Virus record (IMG/VR): IMGVR_UViG_3300045988_056971
DNA length: 64,000 bases
Origin: a virus
Strand: one strand, 5' to 3'
Of the stretch, positions 1 through 12,833 are shown piece by piece (within the stretch, counting starts at the first letter, position 1; the number at the start of each line of letters is the position of its first letter). A program made the translations under genes and the position numbers. A model generated the notes under the pieces. That model saw only the letters and a program-made list of their open reading frames with translations, was not told the DNA's origin and did no database searches.

Positions 1-1600
1 AGAAGGTCCTGATATAATAGTAAATCCATCTATACCAAAATCTGAGATTCCGGATAAATTGCTAGTAGCTGCGCTATCACCTGTCGGAATAGTTAATTGC
101 ATTGTGCCTTCCACTCCATCAGCTACATATAATACCTATATTTTTATGTCCTATGTTGCTACAATATCCCCTATATCAGCAGTAACTTCAATATTCGTAT
201 CTTCCTATTCATAGTCTACATTTACCTATATGCTTAGAGGTACGATAACAAATACCTTTCCCTAAGAGGGAAAGGAGTTGGGATATCTTAGAGTACAAGT
301 TACATTGTTTTCATCAGAATAGGCTGACTGAATAACATTACTATGCAAGCTGTAGACAATTACATCATCTAATCTGGTAGCGCTAGTTCCTCCAAGCACT
401 TGTCCCATATCTCTCCATACCAAAGAATCTACTTCTAGTATAGACTTACCATCCTTCACATATAACCTATACCCACTAGTAGAAGTAGCATTATTAGACT
501 GTATGAAAGTTCCAGTCTACATAGCTATACTTAAATAAGACCTAAGCTACGTATCTAATGATATAGCTAATTGCTCGTTTATTTTAAATTGTAAGCTTGG
601 ACTGGAAATGGTCATGTTTGACCCGTCATTATAGATTTTCAGATCTTTTATAGTAATTTCATCAAAGTAAGTATTTTTATCATTTCCAGTATTAGATGAT
701 AAAGCAATATACTCAGACAATTGCCCTTCTTTAGCTAAGTAAAGTTTATTTTCTTCTATTACAAATATGATTCCAGCCTTTATACTAGCCTACTGAGCTT
801 CTTCTAAAGTTTCATAATAGAATCCTGCATTAGTTAATGCCGTATATTTCTAATCTGTGGTTACTTCCTTCTGTTCTGCCAAGAATGATACATACGTAGT
901 TCCTACTTCTCCAGCTAGATTTACTTTAGTTCCATCTATAGAAATCCATACTTCGTTGCCTTCTTCAGTAGGTATTAAATATATTCCATTATCTGAAATA
1001 TCATCGGAACTAGATGCAGTTTTTAATATATTAGTGCTAGAAGAGGCAATTTTACCATTCTTTATAATATCAATAAATTTGCCTCCCCACTAGACTTTTA
1101 AATCTCCTTTTGTTTTTATAATAAAATTAGAATCGGTAGAACCAATAGTATTATAGGTTTTACCGAACATATTGGTTTTACCTTCTCCCATATTATTTTA
1201 TAGTCAGTACTTGTCTTCTGTTTCTATTAGAATAACTTATGTGAATCCAATCTAAGTTATGTTCATCTATTAACTAATCAAATGGTAATTTCAATTTTTG
1301 AGCTAAATCAAATAACTTTTTATTTTCCGATTTAGTATCTAAAACTGTACGTATATCGGCAGCCTATCCAGTCATGTGTTGGCTAGTACTAGCTCCTCCT
1401 ACAGCCCTATTCAGAGCTGGGCATCTATAACCACTAGTAACAATAATTGGCTTGCCATATGCCTCTCTAAGAGGGTCTAAAACATTTTCAATAAGAGCTA
1501 TCAAATTTTGCTCTTCCTCTTTAGAAGGAACGTTCTTGATTCCCTTCTACTAAGCAGTAGTGCTTTTCGTTAATTCTTCAATAGTAAAAAATTTCATAAG
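1..1600 (-). CDS. uncharacterised late/structural gene(s), partial at window edge, interrupted by in-frame TAG; boundaries unresolved
   Basis: The minus strand translates to structural-like peptide (e.g. DGVEGTMQLTIPTGDSAATSNLSGISDFGIDGF at 1-120). The only ORF on the track (262-459) ends in TAG, and many in-frame cta triplets follow on the plus strand. Confidence 0.3.
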
Positions 1601-1710
1601 ATTATATGTTTATGTGTTCACAGTAATATATAATCATAATTACAGATTTACCAAAACAAAAATAGGAGAACTTCCCAATCTCGGAAAATTCTCCTATTAA
1701 TTATATAGAG

Positions 1711-2103
1711 TTATTTTATCCAGTTTTTAAGCTGAGCCTTAAATAACTTTTTTGCCAACTAACCACTTAGATAAGCAGCTTTTTCAGAATATGGGTCAAT
1801 ACCAAACTCTTTACATATATGCATTTCAACATGGTTCTTCTCATGGTTATAAGTATCTATAAATTCCTCTGCGGAATCCGGTCTATTTATAACTATGATG
1901 CTTTTGTGTTCTTCTTGGTTAGTAAACGTAAAACCTGAATTTTCGTAATTTTCTATCCTAGAAGCTGCTCTATGTAAAACATCGTCTGGACATCCCAAAT
2001 CCTTTAATCTACTTAAAATGTATTGAACATTGGGATTTTCCACAATTATGCAAACTTCTATATCCCAATCATATCTCTCAAACAATACTCTGTAATGTGT
2101 CAT
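1711..2103 (-). CDS. hypothetical protein with HExxH (HEKNH) motif; one in-frame TAG at 1759-1761 read through to TAA at 1711
   Basis: ORF 1759-2103 ends in TAG. The same frame continues 16 codons to TAA. The HEKNH motif is present. Confidence 0.5.
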
Positions 2104-2501
2104 ATCACATCCTCCCAGTCTACCATAGTTCCGTTAGCTACCATAGTAGCATACCATCTCCTCATAGTAGTGCCATCTCCAGCGTCTTCATCGTCTATGG
2201 TATCCTTAATGTATAGAGCAAAATGTCTTTCATCTGTTATACTACTTCCGTAGTAATCAGCCTTACACATATTGCCAACAAATACATAATCATATCCAAC
2301 ATTATTTTCTAATTTAATGTTGTTCTGAGTTAATACCTTATCAATGTATTCTTTGGATACTGGCTCTAGGGATTTCCCTCCCTTTTTCATAAAAGAAATA
2401 GCGTATGAACACAAAGCCTTATTGAAATGCCAACCATAGTTTTGTAAGTACTTACGCATATACTTTGGCATATCGTCATACATATCCAAAGCTGCTCTCA
2501 T
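2100..2501 (-). CDS. hypothetical protein (133 aa), TGA stop, ATGA overlap with downstream gene
   Basis: Intact ORF with a TGA stop at 2100-2102 and compact operon spacing. Confidence 0.55.
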   Translation of the reverse strand: MRAALDMYDDMPKYMRKYLQNYGWHFNKALCSYAISFMKKGGKSLEPVSKEYIDKVLTQNNIKLENNVGYDYVFVGNMCKADYYGSSITDERHFALYIKDTIDDEDAGDGTTMRRWYATMVANGTMVDWEDVI

Positions 2502-2502
2502 A

Positions 2503-2715
2503 TCAATAGTATCTTGGGTAGTCCTCGTCGTCGTAATCAGAATCTCTCATTCCACCACGTCTACGTTTTCCGTATCTTTCCATGTAATGCTCACCAGATT
2601 TACTTTCTAGTTCTGATAAACAATGCATCAATTTCTTTCCGTGTTTAACAATTTGTTCAGCACAATCAGAAAGATGTTCAAATTTTGACTCCTGAATTTC
2701 AATTATTGTTGCCAT
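2503..2715 (-). CDS. small hypothetical protein (70 aa), acidic/Tyr-rich C-terminus
   Basis: Intact ORF with a TGA stop. Confidence 0.45.
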   Translation of the reverse strand: MATIIEIQESKFEHLSDCAEQIVKHGKKLMHCLSELESKSGEHYMERYGKRRRGGMRDSDYDDEDYPRYY

Positions 2716-3205
2716 GTTTTTCCTATTTTAAAGATGTGTTAATAAATTCTTTGAACATTTCTTTAAGAGAATTAATTTCTTCCCTCAAAGCCTTATTCTC
2801 TTGCTCTTGTCTCTGTTTCTCAATTATTTCTGGATTTAATTGCTATAGAATTTCGTCACATCCTTTAATAATACTCTAATGTGTTTCAATACTATTAATT
2901 ATATCCAGGCTTCTTTGCTTCATCGAAGAAACTTCACTATTCATTGCTTCTTTGTTGCAGGAAACCACAATATTATTTCCGAAATCCGCAATGTCTCCCA
3001 TTGCAGGTAATTTCTAGAAATTAGCAGATGTGCCGTTTATATCAGCCGTAATATCTACTATCATTTCCTGATTATACATTCCTGGGTTTCCATACTTAGG
3101 AACTGGTACGGATACGTTAGTAACCTTACCAATTTCCAAAGTAGGGACAGAATCTTTATGCAAGATAAATAGCTAATTACTATTCCTTAAATTCTAAAAT
3201 GCCAT
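2699..3205 (-). CDS. hypothetical coiled-coil protein (168 aa) with about 6 in-frame TAG codons
   Basis: Manual translation from ATG 3205-3203 to TGA 2701-2699 gives a coherent peptide (…QEQENKALREEINSLKEMFKEF…) only if TAG is sense. Confidence 0.4.
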
Positions 3206-3549
3206 TATGCAATTCCTGTTAATAATTGTAATGTATTAGTAGTATGCTCAAACCAGCATAGGTAAATTCCTGTTCCAGATATTTGAGCAACTGTTATATC
3301 TGCTCCGTTAAATCCAGTTAATCTCTAAGGATTGCCTCCACCAGAAGTGAAGACAATCGGTAGAGTAGTTGTAGTACCTGTAGGTATAGCCTAGTTAAGT
3401 CTTACGATTAGTAATCCTCTAAATGGCGCACCGATATTACGATGATTGTTAAAATCAAACTACACTTCTGTAGTCGTAACATTTACAGACAAACTACTAA
3501 TAGCTGGTATTCCTCCTCTATTGACATTAATATAAGTAGGTAATAACAT
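3205..3549 (-). CDS. small structural-like protein (114 aa), preceded by an AAGGAGG Shine-Dalgarno-like motif
   Basis: ATG 3549-3547 is preceded by aaggagg. Three in-frame TAGs. TAA stop at 3207-3205. Confidence 0.45.
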
Positions 3550-3563
3550 AGTTACCTCCTTTC

Positions 3564-4592
3564 TTAACCCCAAAGAGAGTTATTACATCCACAGCCATTC
3601 CATCCTGCGTAAGTTCCTAAAGCGTATCCGTTGAATACAGCCTAAGTAGGTACAGCAGTAGCACAGCTATATGGTAATGTTACAGTTTCAGGAAGTTTAC
3701 ACTTAATTCCGTTAACATCACTTTGTAGAGCATTAACAGCAGCAACAATAGGAGAAGTAGCTTGACCTATCATTTGTCCAAATGCAGCAGTCTATTGGGC
3801 ATTGTTGATAACAACAGCCTATTGACTATTCTTTTCACGTAAAGCATCAATCTTATCTAATAGAGCCTGATTCTACATAGCATCAAGCTTAGCTATAATT
3901 TGATTAGTGTTCGCAGTACCTGTGTCTCTAATAGTATTTTGAAGAGAGCAAGTCTGAGTTTGAGTTGCATAAGCAGTATCACAGAATCCTCTTTCTACTG
4001 CACGTCCTACTGAATCTACACTATTAGTAATCTGATAAGTCTGTCTTTCATTTGCTAGTTGATTTTGGTAGCCCTGTTCGATAATAGCTTTTTGTGTGTT
4101 GCAGCAGCAGTTGTTGATTGCCTGGATAACATCGCAATTACCTCTTTCTACGGCATTGATAACTCTTTCAGAAGTGTATCCTACTTGTCCACCTACAGTA
4201 GTAATTGCATTTTGGATATTGCAGCAGCAGTCTTTCAATACTCCAAAGTCGCAATTTAAGTTAGTAGCAAGTTGACCAAGAGCAGCGGAATTACCTTTGA
4301 TTGCGTCCATTAACAACTGAGTATTCTAGTTAGTATTCATCTACTCACGTAGACCAGCTAACTGTCCTTGAATTTCAGCAGATTGTAGGTTCTGACAGTT
4401 GTTGCCTTCACCAAACTCACCTCTGTTCATCCAACGCATCATCCACATCCAAACTAAGTACATAAACGGGTTGTTCCACATTCCGTTTCCGAATCCTCCC
4501 ATACCACCGTTCATCATAGCCATCCAAGGCAGCATCTGGTTAGTACTGTTTTCCTAACCATCAGGTACGATATAAGTTCTTGTATCACTCAT
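3564..4592 (-). CDS. cysteine-rich repeat protein (342 aa) with repeated CCCN motifs; at least 5 in-frame TAG
   Basis: ORF fragments 4341-4535 and 3873-4316 share a frame and are joined by TAG. Start ATG 4592-4590, TAA at 3566-3564. Repeats DCCCNIQNAITTV and NCCCNTQKAII. Confidence 0.5.
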
Positions 4593-4822
4593 AGTTTACA
4601 ATTTAAATGTTAATAATTAATGTTTATCTGTTCTAGAACTACACTATAATATACATTTCTAAGAGTGATATTAGACGATGCTAAAAACAAAATCGGGAAT
4701 CTTAAACAGTTACATTATGTTATCATAATATAAACTATTCAAGACTCCCGATTTCTAACTCGTTGCTGAGTTAATTCTTACTGGACAAAAATATATCTAA
4801 GTCCGCTTTATTCCAAGAAAGT

Positions 4823-5416
4823 TTAATTTAACTTCTATTTTATGAAGCTAATTAAGTTATCTTCTCCGTAAGTTTTAAGTCTGTAGTTTAAGGCAGTGTG
4901 AGACATTCCTATCCTTATTGCCCAAAATCTAATGCTTCCTAATTCTCCATCTATAGATATAAGTTTAGTTCTAACATTATTTAAACTCTTTTTTCTTTTA
5001 GTCTCTTCCGAATTTTTTCTTCCTGTTAGTTTTTCACTTATCCTTTTCTTTCTCTCTGGATGGTCTATGTATCCCTACTTCAAAGACTTGCTCATCTTGT
5101 CTAGACTCTCCTTAGTAAGGGATGTATAACCTCCCTCCTAAATATTATATCCATTATTTATAGAGTCATACTTCTTTATTAAATCTCGCTCTATTTTATT
5201 AGCAGCTTCTTTATTAAGATTCTCATAAAGAATTTCGTGAGTAAAATTTTCCCAGCCATATTTCTATATAGCTCTATGGAATTTAGTACTACTAAAGTAG
5301 TTTTTACCTCCATTTTTCCATCGTTCTATTATATTTGAACTCTATCCCACATATTTTTTACCGTTTATTTTATTGGTATGTACATATACTGAATAGTTTA
5401 GATTATTTTTACTCAT
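4823..5416 (-). CDS. GIY-YIG homing endonuclease (free-standing) with NUMOD/HTH-like C-terminus; about 6 in-frame TAG
   Basis: Translation [24 protein letters not shown](Q)[15 protein letters not shown]…[14 protein letters not shown]…NGYNI(Q)EGG shows the GIY, YIG, R, H, E and N motifs. The C-terminus [24 protein letters not shown] is HTH-like. Confidence 0.65.
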
Positions 5417-5706
5417 TTGCTTGATAAGAATATATCCAAATCGGACTTCTGCCAACTCAATTCTTTAAAACCTTCCTATTTGATTCCTTTCGGAATGAAT
5501 CCATCTCTAACATAATTGTCAAACGTAGCTCTACTAACACCAAGATAATCACAAGCCTAAATTTTACTCATTCTCTAATCTGGATTAGCGATATTCGACA
5601 ATACAGAAATAATCTTACTCTGCTGTTCCATTGTAATATTACAATTATCAGAGTCAATGTCATCTATGAATTTCTGTAACAAAGTTCTTATTATAGACTT
5701 CAACAT
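5413..5706 (-). CDS. helix-turn-helix DNA-binding protein (AlpA/Xis/MerR-like), 97 aa, 3 in-frame TAG
   Basis: ACDYLGVSRATFDNYVRDGFIPKG is an HTH motif. ATGA overlap with the homing endonuclease start. Confidence 0.5.
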
Positions 5707-6110
5707 TTCTTTTTAACTTTAAGATAAATGAACGAAATCATGCTTATTCCAAATAATACTAAGTATACTCTAAGCATCTGTAAATCTCCGATGTTGATTC
5801 CAACATATAAATCATATAGAGCTATGAGGTTAGTTAAGGTAACGAAGTATAAAGGAATCCTATACAAGTAGCAAAATCTGAATACATAAGATATGATGTA
5901 TAAAATTCCGAGAAATGCTAAAGATACTCCTCCAAGGCAACTTAAAATATAGCAATTGATGTTATAGTATGATAATATTGAATGTAATATATCATTTATA
6001 GACAGCACTACTGGAGTATATCTCAATATTATAATAAGTAGCTTATACAGCCTCTTATTTACACTTGCGTTTGATTTTTCCTCCACGTTTAACTCCGGCT
6101 CTTGGTACAT
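5700..6110 (-). CDS. predicted integral membrane protein (136 aa)
   Basis: Intact ORF with several hydrophobic segments and a TGA stop. Confidence 0.5.
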   Translation of the reverse strand: MYQEPELNVEEKSNASVNKRLYKLLIIILRYTPVVLSINDILHSILSYYNINCYILSCLGGVSLAFLGILYIISYVFRFCYLYRIPLYFVTLTNLIALYDLYVGINIGDLQMLRVYLVLFGISMISFIYLKVKKKC

Positions 6111-6130
6111 TAGGTTTCTTTCTTCCCATA

Positions 6131-6421
6131 TTATTCAGAGAAATGAGTTTTAACTGCACTAACTATTTCTTCCATATATTCTACAAAGTCTGCCTTTGTA
6201 GATTCGTAGGTACTATAATTAATATTAATTCTGTCCGAATTAGGTTCTAAATTGTAGTTTCCACTTCCTATTTCTTCTACTAATTCTCCTGGTTTCATTA
6301 CAGAAAAACTTATCCCAATGGAACCGATAGTATCCTTAGTAGCTGTTCCTGTCATTTCCCAGCCTTTTTCCACTTTTGTATCAGAGATTTGATACGTTTC
6401 ATTTGTTTTTACAATTTCCAT
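6131..6421 (-). CDS. hypothetical protein (96 aa)
   Basis: Intact ORF with a TAA stop. Confidence 0.5.
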   Translation of the reverse strand: MEIVKTNETYQISDTKVEKGWEMTGTATKDTIGSIGISFSVMKPGELVEEIGSGNYNLEPNSDRININYSTYESTKADFVEYMEEIVSAVKTHFSE

Positions 6422-6427
6422 AAATTA

Positions 6428-6880
6428 TTATTTTACAAATAAGTCAAATACAATTTCCATCAAGTCTGCAGCTTTAACAGAATTTCCATTAATTTCTACA
6501 TCATTTCCGGAATTAACATCTAGAATATCTGAATACTCTTCCATAGTGATTACATCATCTGGTGTATCTTTAACTTCCTCGAAGCCCTTCTGAATAAGAT
6601 ATTCTTGGTATTCAGAATTAGTTTTATCATTGAGTTCGTTGAATCTTGCTTCTTCTTCCGGAGTCCTTTCGGACTTATTAGCCAATTCTCTAAGTTCATC
6701 AGATATAATCTGATTTGTAAATTCTTGAGTATCATCATCGAATTGCTTCTTAATCTTATTATAAGCCATTCTGATACGCATAATCTTTACTTTTAACTCT
6801 TTTGGGAGTTCTTTGTCACCATCTTTAAGAATAATCTTGGTGATTACATTTTGTTTTGTCAATACATCATTTAACGTCAT
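6428..6880 (-). CDS. hypothetical acidic protein (150 aa)
   Basis: Intact ORF with a TAA stop. Confidence 0.5.
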   Translation of the reverse strand: MTLNDVLTKQNVITKIILKDGDKELPKELKVKIMRIRMAYNKIKKQFDDDTQEFTNQIISDELRELANKSERTPEEEARFNELNDKTNSEYQEYLIQKGFEEVKDTPDDVITMEEYSDILDVNSGNDVEINGNSVKAADLMEIVFDLFVK

Positions 6881-6945
6881 AAATCATTAATTTTTGGTTC
6901 AATCAATTATAGTAATACTCTTTTAATATAAAAACTTAATTTAAG

Positions 6946-9900
6946 TTAAAAACAAAGGAAGAATAACCCAAAACTTCCATCGTTAGTAGATGCATCATCA
7001 GCGGTATTAACATACCAATAATATGTAGACCTAGAACTATAACCACGAATTAAAGTACAATATAACAGAGAATTTGAAGAGTTGCTAGAATTTGATGCAT
7101 TTAAATTTCCGACTGCCCAAACCAATGTAGTATACCATGTCTATCCAGAAGGATAAACAGTTCCTATAGTGTATCTACCAGTATCTCTTCTTGAAGTAGA
7201 GGTTACAAAGTTATAATTCCCTCCATTTTTGGAATATGTAACCGACGTCCCACTGTAGTTATTTATCGTATAAGACGCCCAATATTTTACCATCACCCCG
7301 GTACAAGCGGTTGGAACTCCGCTAGAAAGATATATAGGGGTTCCTGACGAACCAACAGTACTAGTATAGTCGTCAATAGAGTTAGTACCGCTATAATAAG
7401 CTAGTTTGCCAGATGCTCCAGAGTTAACTGTAGCATTTAAGTAATATGTCATAGCAGTAACAGTTCCATTAGTTACATATACTCCTCTATTTGAGGCACC
7501 AGCATTACCCTTGGCGAAGTCCGCTAATGATTTGTAGGAGCCTCCAGCTAACAATACGTAGTTATTACTATTTACTGAACTATGATAAAATCCTCCTGCA
7601 GCAGTTATACTACCTGTATTAAAGAATGATCCTCCACTATTCCATTTAGCAATCCAAGTATATGAATTAGTTCCATTACTAATATTGGTTGCAGAAAATC
7701 CATAAAATCCTAAATCATTTCCTAATCCACCAAAACAAAGAGCATTTCCATTATTGTACTTAGCTCTAAATAAACAATGTGCAGAAGAGGTAGAATTATT
7801 CTAATCTGCGACTATACAATTAGATCTTGTAGCCATAGAAATCCAGCTAGAGCCAGTATAAGGAGCAAGATATCCTGCAGAAGCGTAGAATATTTTGCTA
7901 TTATATACTCTAACATAAGTCGAATCAGTCATATAAATACCACCTCCATATGTTTGGCTATACCATCCTGTACTTCCAGTACTTCTGAACCAGTTTGAAG
8001 TATAAGCAGTACTAAACGTAGGTGAAGTTCTTGAATTAGAGGAAGCTGATACCTTAACATTTGCCCAATAATAATTAGCTGGATCCTTTATATCAGAAGT
8101 ATAGGCTATAGTATACCATGAAGAGAACGATCCCGCAGAAGCATACCTAAAATACATTCTCGTATTATTCGGAAAAGCTAACTATGATACATACTAATTA
8201 GATGTTCCATGTTTGCTTTTAAATAGAGTAATTATCCCATTGGCGTTATCCTATGATACTGGCTTGTTTGAGGCTGAACCTGAGTAAGTGTCATATACTA
8301 ATCTATATCCATCTGATGTCCAACTACTTGGAGAGTTAAGATTACTTATAGAACCATAATATATATAGTTTGCCTTATTAGAATTAGTGGCATAAGGTAC
8401 TGTAATATTATTAGTAGTACCTGCCTTTGTCCATGTAAGATAGTTTCCATTAGTTCCCAATGAAGTAACGTACCTTCCGTCAGCAGTAGTCTAGGTTAAA
8501 ATTAACTTCCAGCTTCCCCAAGCAGAAGAGCTTGTGGATGTTCTCATGTATAAATTTCCACCATCTGTAAATCCTAGCTAATGCGTCTAACCTCCTGAGA
8601 AATCTGTAGTTCCTCCATAAGGCTTAAAGTGTAAGATTCCATGGTAAGTTCCTCCATTACTTAGTCCATCTGTGCTATTATATTTAAATTCAAATCTAGC
8701 TCCGCTAGAGAACTATGCTGGAGTATTATTAGTACTTCTAGTATCATGAGATTGTAAGTACCCAGAATAAGATGAGTATGGGACAGTTAAATTATTAGTT
8801 GTTCCGTTTTTAACCCAAGTCACATATGTACCATTTGTCCCTAGAGATGTAACATATCTAGTATCTCCATACCTATGATAATTATAACTATCTAGAATTA
8901 ATCTCCAACCTCCTGCAAATGTTCCTGTAGCTACCGCCCCATTGACAATCTATCTCATATATAATCCATGAGTAGTTCCCATATTATTAGGTCCAGATAG
9001 AATATCTGTATAGTATGTAGAACCCCAATACATCCTCAAGCACTAACCGTTTTTATAGGCTGCATCCTAACTATCAGAGGGCATTCCCCACTATCCTCCA
9101 GCAGCAGTTCCTCCTACCACAAAGCCTCCAGAGGAGTAATAAGTTAACCCAGTATTCTAAACCGAAGAAGATGAGTTAATTCTTGAAGATGCAGTAGCGT
9201 ATGGGACTGTTAGATTGTTAACTACTCCATTCTTAGTCCACGTTAAGTAATTTCCACTTGTACCTAAAGCAGTGACGAAATTAGCAGGATTAATGTAGGC
9301 GGTATAATTAGAGGAATCCAATATTTTTTTCCATCCTCCACTAAGAGTAGTAGCTATTCTCCAATATAGTCCAGTAGAAGTATTAGAAGACATTAATATC
9401 TACCCATACCATCCAGACGCTGTCTACATAGTAAATACTCCAAATGCATCTACTCCACTAGGCTTATCTGCAACAGAATTACTGCCACCAGCGTGATATA
9501 AATATCCGGGAGTAGTTTTGTTAGCAAGAGTATCACTTATTGTATGAGATAGTATTCTATTAGCTGTAGCAGCATTACCAGTAATTGAGATTCCCCAAGT
9601 ACCGCTTGCACCTCCACCGGTTTTAGTTACAGTATAATTAGTATAATTTCTGTGAGTTAATACTCTAGTCCAAGCAGAAGTATAACCACTTCCGTTGCTT
9701 GTATAGAATAACATTTCATTAGCAGCAGGATTACTTACTCCTGAGTTATTATGTGGAGTTATATATAACTACGTCTTATTCGTATCACTAGCTCCCCACT
9801 AGAATATAGCTGTTCCCGCCAATGGAATATTTACACCAGTATCTGTAGATACATATCCATTATTAGCGTAAGCCCAAGAACCTCGTTCAGCAAATGCTAC

Positions 9901-11394
9901 AAATGCCTTATTAACAAATGTAGAAGAATATGTATCAGCTGTATAAGCTGTTCCAGAAGAGCCGTGGTTGGCAGTTTTATTACCTCCTACATATCTTCCA
10001 TCAATAGAGCCAAACTAGTAGGTAGTAGTGATAGTTACATTCTAACTACCATTAACAGAAGCACTACCAGTAACTGCACCAGATAGACTAATAGTTCGCG
10101 CAGTACCCCAATAAGCTGTTACTATATTAGCAGTTCCATCAAATGATGTTCCATTGATGGTTCTTGCAGTCTATAGTTTGGTTGCTGTTGCCGCATTGCC
10201 TGTAATAGAAACTCCAAGAGTCGTACTACAGGCTGTTGGTGTACCTGCATTTAGGTATATAGGAAGAGTTGCAGAACCTTTTGTAGCCGTTCCAATCTTT
10301 AAAACTATTCCAGTATAGTTAGCACTATCTACAATAGTTTTCCATGACTTTGTATTCAAAGTTGAGTCTGTACTATTTCTCCAATACAAACTTCCAGAAT
10401 ACATAGAGTAGAACTGCATATATCTAGTACTTCCACTTCCAGTATTGAATTGAACAAGATGTCCAGATGCTCCAGGATAAGTTACATTCCAATTACCACT
10501 TAGGTTATTATTGCTAGATAACTCAGTTGTAGTTGGAATAGAACTTGCTATAGTCTAACTTCCCCTAGCTCTAAAGAATGAAGTTTCATGTAACCCGTCT
10601 AATAGGTCAGAATTAAGATTCGTGACTACCGTCTTACTAGTCACTTTTAGGGGAGCAGTTCCATCAGCTATATTTGAAATTAGCTAAGTTCCAGTTATTG
10701 AAGCCTTGACTATCAGAGGGCCAGTCATAGTATCTCCAGTAACATTTACATAGCGTTCATCTGATTCTGTCTTTGTATAATAATTTTCAGCAATAGCAAC
10801 AGCCTTTCCGTCTAACCTGAGAACTCCTTTACCTATAAATAAACCTACAGTTCCGCCCCACGGGTCTGTACTAGTAGGATATGGAAGAATACAAATAGAA
10901 CCAGTTCCATCTCCTCCAGTATTATGCTGCCCAATAGATGGGTTATAAGTTCCCTAAGATGTTCCTCCTTTTAACCATTTAACAACTGTCGTATAATTGC
11001 TTGTACTATTCTAATTCTAAGTAATAGTAGCATTATTAGCTAGAATAGGACCAGTAGAAAATGTTTTCACCCCAGTAATGGTCTAAGCTGTATCTAGGGT
11101 TACAAACTTGTTATCTATAATTGAATAAAATTGAGTCTTACTTATTCTCCTGATAAATGTATCAGAAGTATTTCTCACATATACGGAACCAATATCTGTT
11201 AATGCTTCATCTGAAATTGCAGAGTTAAAGTAGGTAGCGTATATATGCTAGCTAGCATTTCTCTAGACAAGTGTATTGGCTTTGGTTTCAGAAGAGAGCT
11301 CTAGATTTCCTCCATTACTAAGAAGAACTTGTGTGGCACTTCCTTGATATGTGGTTCCTATAAGCTTACCATATCCATCTTTAACCTTTATCAT
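6946..11394 (-). CDS. long tail fibre protein (~1480 aa), Ser/Thr/Gly/Asn/Tyr-rich, with many in-frame TAG
   Basis: Six ORF fragments (7141-10419) share frame 0 and each ends in TAG. Manual read-through runs from ATG 11394 to TAA 6946. Fibre-like motifs are present (YVNVTGDTMTGPLIVKA; NSDLLDGLHETSFFRARG). Confidence 0.6.
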
Positions 11395-12830
11395 ATTATT
11401 CTCTTAAATTTAAATGTATAAGTGTAAGCCTTTCCAATACCAGAACTTGCACCTATCTATAATTTTAAAACTCCAGAACTCTGCATAACAGTTCTTAAGT
11501 AGATTGTTTTTCCATATGCATGACCAGAGCGATGTAATATAATTTCATCTGTCTCTGTATCATTAGTACCATCTTTGTACCAACTCATTACACCAGAACT
11601 GTAGCAATTGTACATAGTCCCAGTGCTATCATTAGCATTAACTTGAACCTATACTATATAGGTACCATTTGCAGGAAGATTTGTGGAAGTAATACCAGTA
11701 TCCATCCATGCCTGTGTGACATTTAATGATTTTGTGATAGTGGTAAGGTTGTTAGACAGCTCATCAGTTTTTAACATAAAGTCTGATACTAATTTGTGTC
11801 CCCCACCTCCTAGTAGCACATATGAATCAGAAGAACCATTTTTATAATATCCATTAGCGTGTAAAATCCCGTTATCATATATTTGTAATATATTATTCCA
11901 CGAGGTTCCAGTATTAGTAGACTGCTAAAAGTTAAAAACAGAAGTATTAGCTGTGGAATCATCTGTTATAGATATCCTCTACTAATAAGTTCCATTATTC
12001 CAATGAATACTCTGAGTTCCATTAAACTGTATATTAGAGCCAAAAGTTTTAGTTCCCGTAATAGTCTAAGATGTATTTAGAGTAACATAGTTAGCTAATG
12101 ATTGATGTTCTGTAAGAACGGGCTTTCCACCTGAATATAATTTATTAGCCCACAGACTACCAGTACTAGGTTGTGCATATATAGTAGTAGTAGTATAAAC
12201 CTACTGAGTAACATTAGCACTTAAATCAGAAGGAGTATTTGTATTGGTATAACCTAGGATTACAGGTCTAAAATTTGCAGTAGTAGTAGCAGACTATAAC
12301 ACTTTCTAGTCAGTATTTTGGTCTGTATACCATCTAACCCAGGTCTTCCAAGCAGTAGAGTCATAATATCTAAACCATATTATACCGCTAGAAGTAATTA
12401 ATTTCTAGTAACGATAACCACTAGCATTTCTACCAACATATAACTCAAATGCATCTACACCACTGGGTTTGTTAGTTACACTATTACCTCCACCAGCATA
12501 GTACCATTTTCCTTCATCTAAGTAATCATCTAGATCTTGATTAGTCAACTATGTATAAATGAATGCCGCAGCCGCAGGTATGGACCAGGTGCCATCTTCC
12601 CTTAAAAATCTAATATTAGTTGCAGTATATGAGGGAACAGGCACCAATCCGTTATAACCTCCACTTCCAGCAGAAGTATGTTTCTTAAATACTGAGTAGG
12701 TAGTATCTGTTCCCTTGAATTTCTCCCCTCTAACGAATATATTTAAGCCCCTAAGGTCGAAAGTTATATCATTGTTCGCGGGAGCAGTTGTGAGAGCTGC
12801 AGCCGTTTTAGGATTGTATGCTATCTTCAT
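11391..12830 (-). CDS. tail fibre-like protein (~479 aa), TAG-containing; ATGA overlap with downstream fibre gene
   Basis: Frame 2 runs from ATG 12830 to TGA 11393-11391. No ORF of 60 aa or more appears on the track because of dense TAG. Confidence 0.45.
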
Positions 12831-12833
12831 AGA

